Assembly (NCBI GenBank): GCA_035547515.1
Contig: DASZUS010000008.1
Span: 28,257-92,256, forward strand
DNA length: 64,000 bases
Direction of reading: 5' to 3'
From: Mycobacteriales bacterium
GTDB lineage: Bacteria > Actinomycetota > Actinomycetes > JAFAQI01
The number at the start of each line of letters is the position of its first letter. Position 1 is the stretch's first letter. This document shows, piece by piece, positions 28,290-36,500 of the stretch. The notes under the pieces were generated by a model. The model made no database searches. It worked only from the letters and a program-made list of their open reading frames with translations, and had not been told where the DNA came from. The position numbers and the translations under genes were made by a program.

Positions 28290-29150
28290 ATGACGACCGC
28301 CGCGGCCTCGCGCCGCCGGCGCACCAGCAGCAGCAGTCGCGGTCGCCGGGGCAGCCGCGCCGCCGGTCGCGTCGAGACCGCGGCACGTGGCGCGGCTCGG
28401 TTCGGTCTGGTCGCCCGGGGCTGCTTCTACCTGCTGCTTGCCGGCCTCGTCGTCAACCTCGCGGTGACCGGCCGTCACGCCCGGCAAGCCAACGCCAACG
28501 GCGCGTTGTCAACCATCGCCTCGGACCCTTTGGGCGAGGTCGCCATCGTGGCCGTCGCGATCGGCTTCCTCAGCTTCGGTGTCACCAGGCTGTGGAGCGC
28601 ATGGTCCGACCGTCGCGGTTCGGCTTGGCGTCGCGTCACGACCGGGCTGCAGGGCGCGTTCTACCTGGCGCTGACCTGGATCCCGCTCGGCTACGTGCTC
28701 GGCGACCACTCGGCGGGAAGCAACCAGTCGCAGCACCGTACGGCGGGAGACCTGCTGCGGTTGCCGCTCGGCCGCGAGTTCGTCGTCGTACTCGGACTCG
28801 TCGTCATCGGCGTGTGCGTGAACCAGATCCGCACCGCCGTCACTGAGCAGTACGCCGACGGCCTCGACGTGAAGCAGTCGCCGCGGTGGGTCCGTCGGCT
28901 CGTCGACGCTGCGGCGACGGTCGGCATCCCGGCACGGGCGGTGGTCTTCCTACCGGTCGGGGTCTTCCTGATCGTCGCCGCCGTGCAGTCAAACCCGTCA
29001 CACGCCGACGGCCTCGACCAGGTGCTTGCCCGGCTCACCGGTCACTGGTGGGGCGACGTGCTGCTCGCCGCGGTCGCCGCTGGTCTGCTGGTCTTCGCGG
29101 CCTACAGCTTTCTGGAGGCCCGCTACCGCAAGGTCACCCGGGCCCAGTAG
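28290..29150 (+). CDS. DUF1206 domain membrane protein
   Basis: The ATG at 28290 gives 286 aa. An Arg/Ser-rich N-terminus is followed by three repeats of paired TM helices (ARGCFYLLLAGLVV..., GAFYLALTWIPL..., ARAVVFLPVGVFLIV...), which is typical DUF1206 architecture. The upstream part of the ORF is antisense to the hemerythrin gene. Confidence 0.6.
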   Translation: MTTAAASRRRRTSSSSRGRRGSRAAGRVETAARGAARFGLVARGCFYLLLAGLVVNLAVTGRHARQANANGALSTIASDPLGEVAIVAVAIGFLSFGVTRLWSAWSDRRGSAWRRVTTGLQGAFYLALTWIPLGYVLGDHSAGSNQSQHRTAGDLLRLPLGREFVVVLGLVVIGVCVNQIRTAVTEQYADGLDVKQSPRWVRRLVDAAATVGIPARAVVFLPVGVFLIVAAVQSNPSHADGLDQVLARLTGHWWGDVLLAAVAAGLLVFAAYSFLEARYRKVTRAQ

Positions 29151-30408
29151 CGCGCTTGCCGCTCTCGGAAGCGGCCCAGGCGAACACGCCTTTGGCCATC
29201 GTCGAGGCTTCACGCTCCGCGCGCGCGCCGAAGACCTCGGCCCTCACGCGGTGTACGCCGGCGTCGTCCGGTGCGGCAAGTGCGGCGAGCTCGGCGAGGT
29301 GTCCGGCCAGGCGAAGCGACTCGTCGTCGCCCTCGGCCGCCAGCGCAGCCGCGCGCGACGCCAGCGCCGGTGCGCCACCGGCAAGCTCCGCGAGCTCCGA
29401 GGCCACCGCGGCATCTGGCGCGGGCTTCAGCGAGGCCGGATTGCCGTCGTACCAGCCGCCGTAGAGCCGCCAGACGTTGCGTACGACGAACTCCGGCTCG
29501 TCGTAGACCGGCCGCAGGTAGGGCTTGTCGAGCAGCTCCGCCGGCGCCTTGACGGTGTGGATGATGTCGTCGAGCCGCGCGCCCTCGTTCATCATCGCGA
29601 CGGTCTGTTCGTGTAGCGACTCGAGCAGGGCAGCGGTGTCGAGCAGCGCCGTCTTGATCCGCTCGGCTCCTACCACCGGCACGCCGTGTCCCGGAAGCAG
29701 GAACTCCGCGCCGAGCCCTGCCATCGTCCGAAGCGCCCGTGCCCACTCGATCGGGTACCGCTGCACCTTCTGCGGGTTGCCGGCGTTGGGGGAGGCCCAG
29801 ATGAACAGGTCACCCGAGCACAGCACCTTCTTGTCCGGCACCCAGGTCCAGGTGTGGTCGTCGGTCTCCCCGCGCGCATGGTGCAGCTCGATGGTCAGGC
29901 CGCCGACGACCAGCGTCATCGAGTCGCGGTAGGTGATGTCCGGGTAGCGGTAGTTCATCGGCCACTTCAGGTTCTCCACCTGGAACTGGCGCTTGTTGAT
30001 GATCTCGTTGTAGCCCGCGGTCAGCTTGTAGCGGTCGAACCGGTGCGGCAGCGCCTCGTGCGCGACGACCTGCGGCGCCCGCCAGCCCTTCTCCGCGGCT
30101 TCCGCCGCGAAGACCGGTACGCCGAAGATGTGGTCGACGTGGCCGTGCGAGTAGACCGCCGTGTGCAACGGCTGGTCCGACCAGGCGCGGATCTGGCCGT
30201 GGATGATCGAGGCCATCATCTCCGCACCGGTGTCGACCAGGAACAGCCCGTCGCCGGTCGAGAACGCCGACACGTTGGCGAACGTCGGCAGGAACGCGAC
30301 GCCGTCGGTGCACTCCTCGAGCGGCAGGCCGGCAAAGAGCTGGTGGCCGCTGGTGATCTCGTCCTCGCCGCGCCACAGCCGGTCGGCGTAGTCGAGCGTC
30401 TCGCCCAT
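29134..30408 (-). CDS. MBL-fold hydrolase with alkyl-sulfatase dimerisation domain (SdsA1/BDS1-like, apparently lacking the SCP2 tail)
   Basis: The ATG at 30408, preceded by AGGAGA, gives 424 aa. Motifs: the MBL motif YSHGHVDHIFG, a later HHARGETDDH, and the dimerisation-domain motif RNVWRLYGGWYDGNPASL. Confidence 0.7.
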   Translation of the reverse strand: MGETLDYADRLWRGEDEITSGHQLFAGLPLEECTDGVAFLPTFANVSAFSTGDGLFLVDTGAEMMASIIHGQIRAWSDQPLHTAVYSHGHVDHIFGVPVFAAEAAEKGWRAPQVVAHEALPHRFDRYKLTAGYNEIINKRQFQVENLKWPMNYRYPDITYRDSMTLVVGGLTIELHHARGETDDHTWTWVPDKKVLCSGDLFIWASPNAGNPQKVQRYPIEWARALRTMAGLGAEFLLPGHGVPVVGAERIKTALLDTAALLESLHEQTVAMMNEGARLDDIIHTVKAPAELLDKPYLRPVYDEPEFVVRNVWRLYGGWYDGNPASLKPAPDAAVASELAELAGGAPALASRAAALAAEGDDESLRLAGHLAELAALAAPDDAGVHRVRAEVFGARAEREASTMAKGVFAWAASESGKRATGPG

Positions 30409-30419
30409 TCGATCTCTCC

Positions 30420-31307
30420 TTAGCCGGGCTCGCGGCGGTGCCGCGCAGCAGGCATCCACTCGGTGCCGGCAGTCTCGTCGATACGTGCCAGGAGCCGGTC
30501 GCCGACCGGTTCGACCAGCGCCAGGAACTGCGAGGTGAGCGGAGCGCCGAGCAACCGCCACGCGCGTTCGCAAAGCTGATCGGTGCGCTGCTCGATCCGC
30601 TCACGCAGATCGAGGCCCGCCGCGTTGACCGAGCCACCGCTCGCAAGACCGCGCGACTCGAGCGCGGCGTAGGCCGCCGCGATGTCGTCGTCCCCGGCGC
30701 CGCGACTGCGCGGGATCCAGTCCTTCGGGTAGTTCAGGTAGGCGTTGTGCAGCAGGCCGGCCTGGGTCCCGGAGATGTCCTCCGCGGCCAGCACCGCGAA
30801 GTGCGTGTCGCCGCGCCACTCGCGAATGCAGTTCAGCGCGAGCCACGCGGACAGCAACCGGGCCTCCGCTGACTCGGCCGACGGCCGGGCGGCCTGCCGG
30901 TGCGCGGCGAACATCACCCGTCCGGAGACCGGCAAGGCGTCGACCGCGGCCCACAGCGCCGGAGCGAGTGACGCGAGCGAATCGCAGATCTCGGGGACGA
31001 AGCGGCGCAGGCCGTCGACGACCGCGTCGTTGCGCGCTTCGGTGAGGGCGGCGTACGTCGTCCGCTCCTCGGCGATGGCGAGCGAGGCGGCGATGAACTC
31101 TGGGCTGATGGAGTAGAAGGCGGCCGCGACCACCTGGGCGCCTGCCGGCGCCATCGGCGCCGCTCGGCTGGCGATGTAGGAGACGCCGCCGATGTCGACG
31201 CCGAGCGCGGCGTAGCGCTCGAGGGCTCCCGGGTCCCAGTAGATCCAGCCGATCAGTCGGTGGGAGGCGAAGGACGCGCGCGCCGACAGCTGCGTCCAGT
31301 CCGTCAC
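30420..31307 (-). CDS. conserved actinobacterial hypothetical protein (possibly SCO6745 family)
   Basis: The GTG at 31307 gives 295 aa of helical composition. The pattern IGWIYWDPGALERYAALG...SRAAPMAPAG...AAFYSISPEFI resembles the SCO6745 family as recalled from memory (tentative). The ORF upstream of 31307 is an Arg-rich artefact. Confidence 0.45.
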   Translation of the reverse strand: MTDWTQLSARASFASHRLIGWIYWDPGALERYAALGVDIGGVSYIASRAAPMAPAGAQVVAAAFYSISPEFIAASLAIAEERTTYAALTEARNDAVVDGLRRFVPEICDSLASLAPALWAAVDALPVSGRVMFAAHRQAARPSAESAEARLLSAWLALNCIREWRGDTHFAVLAAEDISGTQAGLLHNAYLNYPKDWIPRSRGAGDDDIAAAYAALESRGLASGGSVNAAGLDLRERIEQRTDQLCERAWRLLGAPLTSQFLALVEPVGDRLLARIDETAGTEWMPAARHRREPG

Positions 31308-31325
31308 GAGCCGGTTCCTATCATC

Positions 31326-31342
31326 TGTCAGTTGTAATGACA
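31326..31342. promoter_or_regulatory. AT-rich inverted repeat TGTCA-N7-TGACA in a divergent intergenic region (candidate operator/promoter)
   Basis: TGTCAgttgtaaTGACA lies in the only AT-rich stretch (ctatcatctgtcagttgtaatgacaatagaag) of the 104-bp gap between the divergently transcribed 30420-31307 gene and the desaturase gene. An outer CTAT/ATAG pair extends the symmetry. Confidence 0.3.
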
Positions 31343-31411
31343 ATAGAAGTCGGGCGTGCGACGGGCGTGCGGCGGGCCCTCGCCGATGCTTGCCGTTGCT
31401 AGCCTCTGCGG

Positions 31412-32386
31412 GTGGCAATGCCGGCTGAGAAACCGACCGTCGCCGCCCCCGAGTCGATCCCCGCACCGCGCGAAGCGCGTGAGGCCGGCGACGTCTCGCT
31501 GCGGCGCGACTTCCACGACCTTCGAGTCGAGCGCTCCGACGAGCTGTGGAATGCCGCCTACCTCGGGCTGTCGTGGGCCGCGGTCGCCGGCTCGGTCGCG
31601 CTGTTCTGGAAGAAGCGGACGCCGCTTGCCGCCGGTGCCGCCATCGCGGTGATCGCCAGCCGCCAGCAGGCGCTGTTGAACGTCGAGCACGACGCGATCC
31701 ACCGGTCGCTGTTCCGCAACCGCCGGCTGAACGACGCGGTCGGCCTCGTGGCCGCTGCCGCACCGTGCGGTTCCGGGTTCCGTTCGACGCGAGCCCAGCA
31801 CCTCCGCCACCACCGGCTGCTCAACACCCCTGACGACCCGGATGGCTACCTGCACGAGGGCCCGCACCTCGAGACCCGCAAGGGCCTGCTGCGCCACCTG
31901 GTCGAGGCCTTCACCGGCATCTACGCGGTCAAGCTGCTCAAGCGCCGCGAGGACTGGACCTGGGTCGACCCGGGCAACGCGGGCAAGGACAAGCGGGATC
32001 TCGTGCTGGTTCAGCTCGGCCTGTGGGCGCTGTTCGCGAAGCTCACGCGGTGGTGGACCTACCCGCTGCTGTGGCTCGCGCCGCTGGTGACCATCACCTC
32101 CGGGGTCGTGGTGGCGCGCAACTACGTCGACCACGCGCTGGTCGGCGAGGAGCTCGAGGCCTACCCCGACCGGCGGGTGTCGGTCGACGCCCACCCGGTC
32201 GAGGGGGCGAACTTCTCGCCGTACAACATGAACTGGCACGCCGAGCACCACCTGTTCCCGTGGATCCCCGCGAGGAGACTGCCGGAGGCGTCACGTCGTC
32301 TTGCGGCGCGGACGGATGCGCCCGACCGGCTGGTGCACAAGAGCTACCTCGGCGCACTGCTGAAGCACCTCAAGACGCTGCCCTAG
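31412..32386 (+). CDS. membrane fatty-acid desaturase family protein
   Basis: 324 aa. All three His boxes are present: HDAIHRS (HxxxH), HLRHHRLLN (HxxHH) and HAEHHLFPWIP (HxxHH). TM segments lie between them. Confidence 0.8.
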   Translation: MAMPAEKPTVAAPESIPAPREAREAGDVSLRRDFHDLRVERSDELWNAAYLGLSWAAVAGSVALFWKKRTPLAAGAAIAVIASRQQALLNVEHDAIHRSLFRNRRLNDAVGLVAAAAPCGSGFRSTRAQHLRHHRLLNTPDDPDGYLHEGPHLETRKGLLRHLVEAFTGIYAVKLLKRREDWTWVDPGNAGKDKRDLVLVQLGLWALFAKLTRWWTYPLLWLAPLVTITSGVVVARNYVDHALVGEELEAYPDRRVSVDAHPVEGANFSPYNMNWHAEHHLFPWIPARRLPEASRRLAARTDAPDRLVHKSYLGALLKHLKTLP

Positions 32387-32395
32387 GGTGCAGGC

Positions 32396-33421
32396 GTGAC
32401 GCCAGCTGGAGCCAGCGAGCCGATCCGGACGGTACGGCGGCCCTGCGCGCTGTGCGGCGAGACCGATGCGGTCGTGCTCTGGAGCGGTCACGAGCACGAG
32501 TACCCCGAGACCACCGACGCGACGTTCTCGGTGGTCAAGTGCAAGAGCTGCGGTCTCGGACGGCTCGACCCGTGTCCCGACGTGAGTGAGCTCGACCGGA
32601 TCTACCCGCCGACGTACTACAGCTACAACATGGTCAACGACCGCCGTCCCGATGGCTCGCTGAGCGCCAAGGAAAAGGTGTCGTTGAAGTACACCGGCCA
32701 GGTGCTGACCAAGGCGATGCGCCGCGCCGACGTACCCGCCGGGGCCAAGGTGAAACTGCTCGATGTCGGCTGCGGCGACGGCCGGATCCTCGACTACTAC
32801 CGCGCCAGCCGGCCCGAGGGCATGGTCGAGACCTGGGGCCTCGACATCAACGGCGACGCACTCGCGATTGCGGCAAAGGCCGGGCACAAGACCGTGCAAG
32901 GCGCATTCGAGGACCAGCACGGCGGGGAGCTCCCGAAGGGGTACTTCGACATCGTCGTCGCGCGTCACGTCATCGAGCACGTCGAGGACCCGGTGGTCTT
33001 CACTCGTAACGCGGCCGAGCTGTTGCGGCCGGGTGGCGTGTTTCTCGCGGCTACCCCGGACTTCGGGTCCAAGGACGCCCAGAGGTTCGGCGGCCATTGG
33101 GGCGGCAACCACTTTCCGCGGCACTGGTGGTTCTTCGACGCGGACTCGATGCGCAAGGTCGCCGAGCACGTCGGTCTCGACTGCGTTGCCGTGGAGTACG
33201 AGCTCAACCCGGTCTTCTGGACGTGGACCATGCACTCCGCGCTGCGCGACCGCTTCCCCGAGGCGAAGTGGGTGGACGCGGTCTTCCCGCCGGTGTCGAT
33301 CTTCTACGGCGGCCCGCGCAGCTTCCTGCTACAAGGTGCCTTCACCGTGGTCGACTCGGTCATGCGCCGTACCACGGGCATGACCGGCAGCATGATCGCC
33401 ACCCTCCGCAAGCCCGCGTGA
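32396..33421 (+). CDS. class I SAM-dependent methyltransferase with N-terminal Cys4 zinc-ribbon-like motif
   Basis: 341 aa. Features: CALCG...CKSCG near the N-terminus, the SAM motif I LLDVGCGDGRIL, and FDIVVARHVIEHVEDP. It starts 10 bp after the desaturase. Confidence 0.75.
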   Translation: MTPAGASEPIRTVRRPCALCGETDAVVLWSGHEHEYPETTDATFSVVKCKSCGLGRLDPCPDVSELDRIYPPTYYSYNMVNDRRPDGSLSAKEKVSLKYTGQVLTKAMRRADVPAGAKVKLLDVGCGDGRILDYYRASRPEGMVETWGLDINGDALAIAAKAGHKTVQGAFEDQHGGELPKGYFDIVVARHVIEHVEDPVVFTRNAAELLRPGGVFLAATPDFGSKDAQRFGGHWGGNHFPRHWWFFDADSMRKVAEHVGLDCVAVEYELNPVFWTWTMHSALRDRFPEAKWVDAVFPPVSIFYGGPRSFLLQGAFTVVDSVMRRTTGMTGSMIATLRKPA

Positions 33422-33462
33422 GCCTGCTTGCGCCGCCAGGCGGGAGTGACTTATTCCACTTG

Positions 33463-33489
33463 CAGGCAGGCTTGCCTGTTTGTTTTTTT
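33463..33489 (+). terminator. intrinsic terminator-like hairpin plus T-tract downstream of the methyltransferase gene
   Basis: CAGGCA-ggct-TGCCTG (6-bp stem, 4-nt loop) is followed by TTTGTTTTTTT. A T7 run is very unusual in this roughly 70% GC sequence. It lies 42 nt after the stop at 33421 and 20 nt before the tetR start. Confidence 0.6.
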
Positions 33490-33508
33490 GCGCGTACCGT
33501 CCGAAGGC

Positions 33509-34129
33509 ATGGAGCGGCGATCGCAGGCTGAGCGCACCGAGGCGATGCGTGCTCGCCTGCTCAACGCCACCATCGACTGCCTGGCGCACTCCGGCTACGG
33601 CCGGATGTCGACCAACGACGTCGTGCGGCGGGCCCACGTCTCCCGCGGCGCGCTCGCTCACCACTTCCCGACCAAGGCCGACCTCGTCACCGCGGCCGCC
33701 GAGCAGCTGGTCGAGTCGCGGGGCAAGGAGTTCCGCGAGCAGCTGTCCGCGCTCGATCCCGCGCGGCGTACCCCGGACGAGGCGCTGGCGGTCCTCTGGT
33801 CGTTCTACGACGACCCGACCGGCCTCGCGCTGATCGAGCTCACCGTCGCGTCACGCGCCTATCCCGAGCTGAAGCCGGTGCTGGCGCGCATGGAGGACCA
33901 GATCGCCGCGATCACCGCGGAGATGGTCCTGGAGTACTTCCCCGATCTCGCGAAGCTGCCCTACATCGAAGAGGCGCTGCGCTCGCTGCACGCGCTCTAC
34001 GCCGGGCTCGCGCTCGGTGCGATGGCAGGGGAGCACGCGAAGGGCCAGGCCCGGAAGGTTCGCGAGTTCCTCGGGGTACTCGCACTGAACATGCAGGTCG
34101 CCACCAATCCCGTCAGGAGCAAGTCATGA
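33509..34129 (+). CDS. TetR/AcrR family transcriptional regulator
   Basis: The ATG at 33509 gives 206 aa. The N-terminal HTH region is RARLLNATIDCLAHSGYGRMSTNDVVRRAHVSRGALAHHFPTKADLV. Confidence 0.85.
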   Translation: MERRSQAERTEAMRARLLNATIDCLAHSGYGRMSTNDVVRRAHVSRGALAHHFPTKADLVTAAAEQLVESRGKEFREQLSALDPARRTPDEALAVLWSFYDDPTGLALIELTVASRAYPELKPVLARMEDQIAAITAEMVLEYFPDLAKLPYIEEALRSLHALYAGLALGAMAGEHAKGQARKVREFLGVLALNMQVATNPVRSKS

Positions 34130-34989
34130 GCGTGATGTCCGTACCGGCAGCGCCGAAGCGAGTGGTGAAGACCCGTCGGGTGAAGTTCGAGTACACGCCC
34201 GCCACGGTCAAGCGGCACTATGCCGGCGGCGACCTCATCATGAGCCACATCGTCGCGATCCTGTCGGCGATGTTTCCCGAGGGCGAGGACTTCTTCGTCC
34301 GATCGGTTCGCTACTACGCCGACGAGATCACCGACCCGGACCTCAAGGCGGCGGTCGCCGGCTTCACGGGCCAGGAGACGATGCACGGCCGCGAGCACCG
34401 GGCGCTCAACGAGCGGCTGCAGGAGCTCGGCTACCCGACGCGGCGGGTCGACCGGCTGGTGAAGGCGGACCTGGCCCGGGTCGAGCGGAAGGCGCCGCAC
34501 AAGGTGCAGCTCGCCATCACGGCGGCACTCGAGCACTACACGGCGACCCTGGCCGAGCGGCTGCTCACCAGCGAGCGCGCGCGCGAGATGCTCGGCGACG
34601 GCGAGGTGCGCAAGGTCCTGCTCTGGCACGCCCTCGAGGAGTCCGAGCACAAGGCCGTCGCGTTCGACGTCTACCGCGCGGTCGGCGGCACCGAGAAGAT
34701 GCGGATCCGGGTCATGCGGCTGATGACGTGGTCGTTCCTGTTCGGTACGGCGCTGCACACCGTGCTGTCGATGCTCGCGGACCGCTCGACGTACAACCCG
34801 ATCCGGCTGGCGAAGAGCCTCGCGGCGCTGCGGACCTCGCCGTTCCTCGGCAAGGAGATGGTCGCCGCGATCAAGGACTACAACCGCGTCGGGTTCCACC
34901 CCAACGACCACGACAACAGTGAGTTGCTCGAGCGCTGGACGAAGGAGCTGTTCGGCGAGCAAGGCCAGCTGGCCGGGAACCTCAAGTGA
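34126..34989 (+). CDS. predicted metal-dependent hydrolase (PF10118-like)
   Basis: 287 aa. Motifs typical of this family: GQETMHGREH, ALEHYTA and LEESEHKAVAFDVY. ATGA overlap with tetR. Confidence 0.6.
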   Translation: MSVMSVPAAPKRVVKTRRVKFEYTPATVKRHYAGGDLIMSHIVAILSAMFPEGEDFFVRSVRYYADEITDPDLKAAVAGFTGQETMHGREHRALNERLQELGYPTRRVDRLVKADLARVERKAPHKVQLAITAALEHYTATLAERLLTSERAREMLGDGEVRKVLLWHALEESEHKAVAFDVYRAVGGTEKMRIRVMRLMTWSFLFGTALHTVLSMLADRSTYNPIRLAKSLAALRTSPFLGKEMVAAIKDYNRVGFHPNDHDNSELLERWTKELFGEQGQLAGNLK

Positions 34990-36476
34990 CCGCCCGCGCG
35001 CCCGACCACGAGGTCGTCGTCGTCGGCGCCGGCTTCGGCGGCATGGGCGCGGCGATCGAGCTGAAGCGGCAGGGCTTCGAGGACATCCTGATCGTCGACC
35101 GCGAGTCCGACCTCGGCGGCACGTGGCACGTGAACCACTATCCCGGGCTCGCCGTCGACATCCCGTCGGTGACGTACTCCTACTCCTTCGAGCCGAACCC
35201 GTACTGGTCGCGGCTGTTCGCGCCGGGCTCGGAGCTCAAGCGGTACGCCGTGCACGTCGCCGACAAGTACGACCTGCATCGCCACATGCGCTTCAACACC
35301 TCGGTCGAAGGGGCGCGCTGGGACGAGGACGACCAGGTGTGGGTGGTGAGCCTCGCCGGCGGCGAGACCGTCACCGCGAGGTTCCTCATCACCGCGACCG
35401 GCTACCTGTCGCAGCCCTACCGCCCGGAGATCCCCGGGATCGACTCCTACACAGGCACGGTCATTCACACCTCGGACTGGGACGACGACGCCGACCTCGA
35501 CGGCAAGCGGATCGCGGTCATCGGCACCGGCGCGACCGGCGTACAGGTCATCCCCGAGCTCGCGAAGGTGGCCGGCGAGCTCACCGTCTACCAGCGCACC
35601 GCGATCTACGTCACCGCCAAGACCGACTTCCCGATCCCGAAGCAGGTGCAGCGGCTGTTCGCCCGGGTTCCAGCGACGCAGAAGGCGGCCCGGTTCGTCA
35701 GCACGTCGCTGCTCGAGATGCTGATGGTGCTCGGTGTGCTCCGCTACCGGCAGTTCCGGCGGCTGAACGAGCGCGCCGCCAGCATGGCGATGCGCAACAT
35801 GGGCCGCACGATCAAGGATCCCGAACTGCGAAAGAAGCTCACACCGAACTACTCGTTCGGGTGCAAGCGTCCGACGTTCTCCAACACCTACTTCGAGGCG
35901 TTCACCAAGCCCAACGTCCGCCTCGAGACGACCTCGATCGACCACTTCGAGCCCGATGGCATCGTCACTGTCGACGGCAACAAGACCCAGATCGACGTCC
36001 TGGTGCTCGCCACCGGCTTCAACCTGTGGGACGTCAACTTCCCGGCCTTCGAGGTGATCGGGCGGGAGGGCCGCAACCTGGGCAAGTGGTGGCGCGACAA
36101 CCGGTTCTGCGCCTACGAGGGCGTCTCGATCCCGCTCTTCCCTAACTTCTTGAACCTCGCGAGCCCGTACTCCTACAGCGGGCTTTCGTACTTCACGACG
36201 ATCGAGTACCAGATGACGCATATGGGCCGGGTCTTCAGCGAGCTCGAGCGACGGGGCAAGAAGACCTTCGAGGTCACCGAAGCCGCGAACTCGAAGTTCC
36301 TTGACCGGATGACCGACCTGCTCGGCGACTCGGTCTTCTACAACGGCAGCTGCTCGACCGCGCGCAGCTACTACTTCAACCCGAAGGGGGAGGCGGCGAT
36401 CCTGCGGCCGACCTCGACGCTGAACACCCGACGCGAGGCACGGCGGTTCCCGCTCAGCGACTACTCCTTCGCATAA
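34986..36476 (+). CDS. flavin-dependent (Baeyer-Villiger type) monooxygenase
   Basis: 496 aa. Features: an FAD GxGxxG (VVVGAGFGGMGAA), DLGGTW, a BVMO-like fingerprint (YTGTVIHTSDWDDD) and a second Rossmann fold (IAVIGTGATGVQ). GTGA overlap with the hydrolase gene. Confidence 0.8.
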   Translation: MTARAPDHEVVVVGAGFGGMGAAIELKRQGFEDILIVDRESDLGGTWHVNHYPGLAVDIPSVTYSYSFEPNPYWSRLFAPGSELKRYAVHVADKYDLHRHMRFNTSVEGARWDEDDQVWVVSLAGGETVTARFLITATGYLSQPYRPEIPGIDSYTGTVIHTSDWDDDADLDGKRIAVIGTGATGVQVIPELAKVAGELTVYQRTAIYVTAKTDFPIPKQVQRLFARVPATQKAARFVSTSLLEMLMVLGVLRYRQFRRLNERAASMAMRNMGRTIKDPELRKKLTPNYSFGCKRPTFSNTYFEAFTKPNVRLETTSIDHFEPDGIVTVDGNKTQIDVLVLATGFNLWDVNFPAFEVIGREGRNLGKWWRDNRFCAYEGVSIPLFPNFLNLASPYSYSGLSYFTTIEYQMTHMGRVFSELERRGKKTFEVTEAANSKFLDRMTDLLGDSVFYNGSCSTARSYYFNPKGEAAILRPTSTLNTRREARRFPLSDYSFA

Positions 36477-36488
36477 GCGCTCGTTGCG

Positions 36489-36500
36489 AGTCGGGCTACG
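36489..36500. repeat. left copy of a short direct repeat flanking the DUF222/HNH gene (AGTCGGGCTACG)
   Basis: AGTCG-GGCTACG at 36489-36500 matches AGTCGcaGGCTACG at 37891-37904 (12/12 identities with a 2-nt insertion). The left copy overlaps the gene's stop codon and a small hairpin (TCGGGC-tacg-GCCCGA, 36491-36506). Confidence 0.35.

Noticed and set aside
30409-31763. N-terminal extensions of ORFs 29134-30573 and 30420-31763
   Set aside because: The extensions are Arg-rich and overlap neighbouring genes. Internal starts (ATG 30408 with an AGGAGA ribosome-binding site; GTG 31307) give products that begin where family-like sequence begins.
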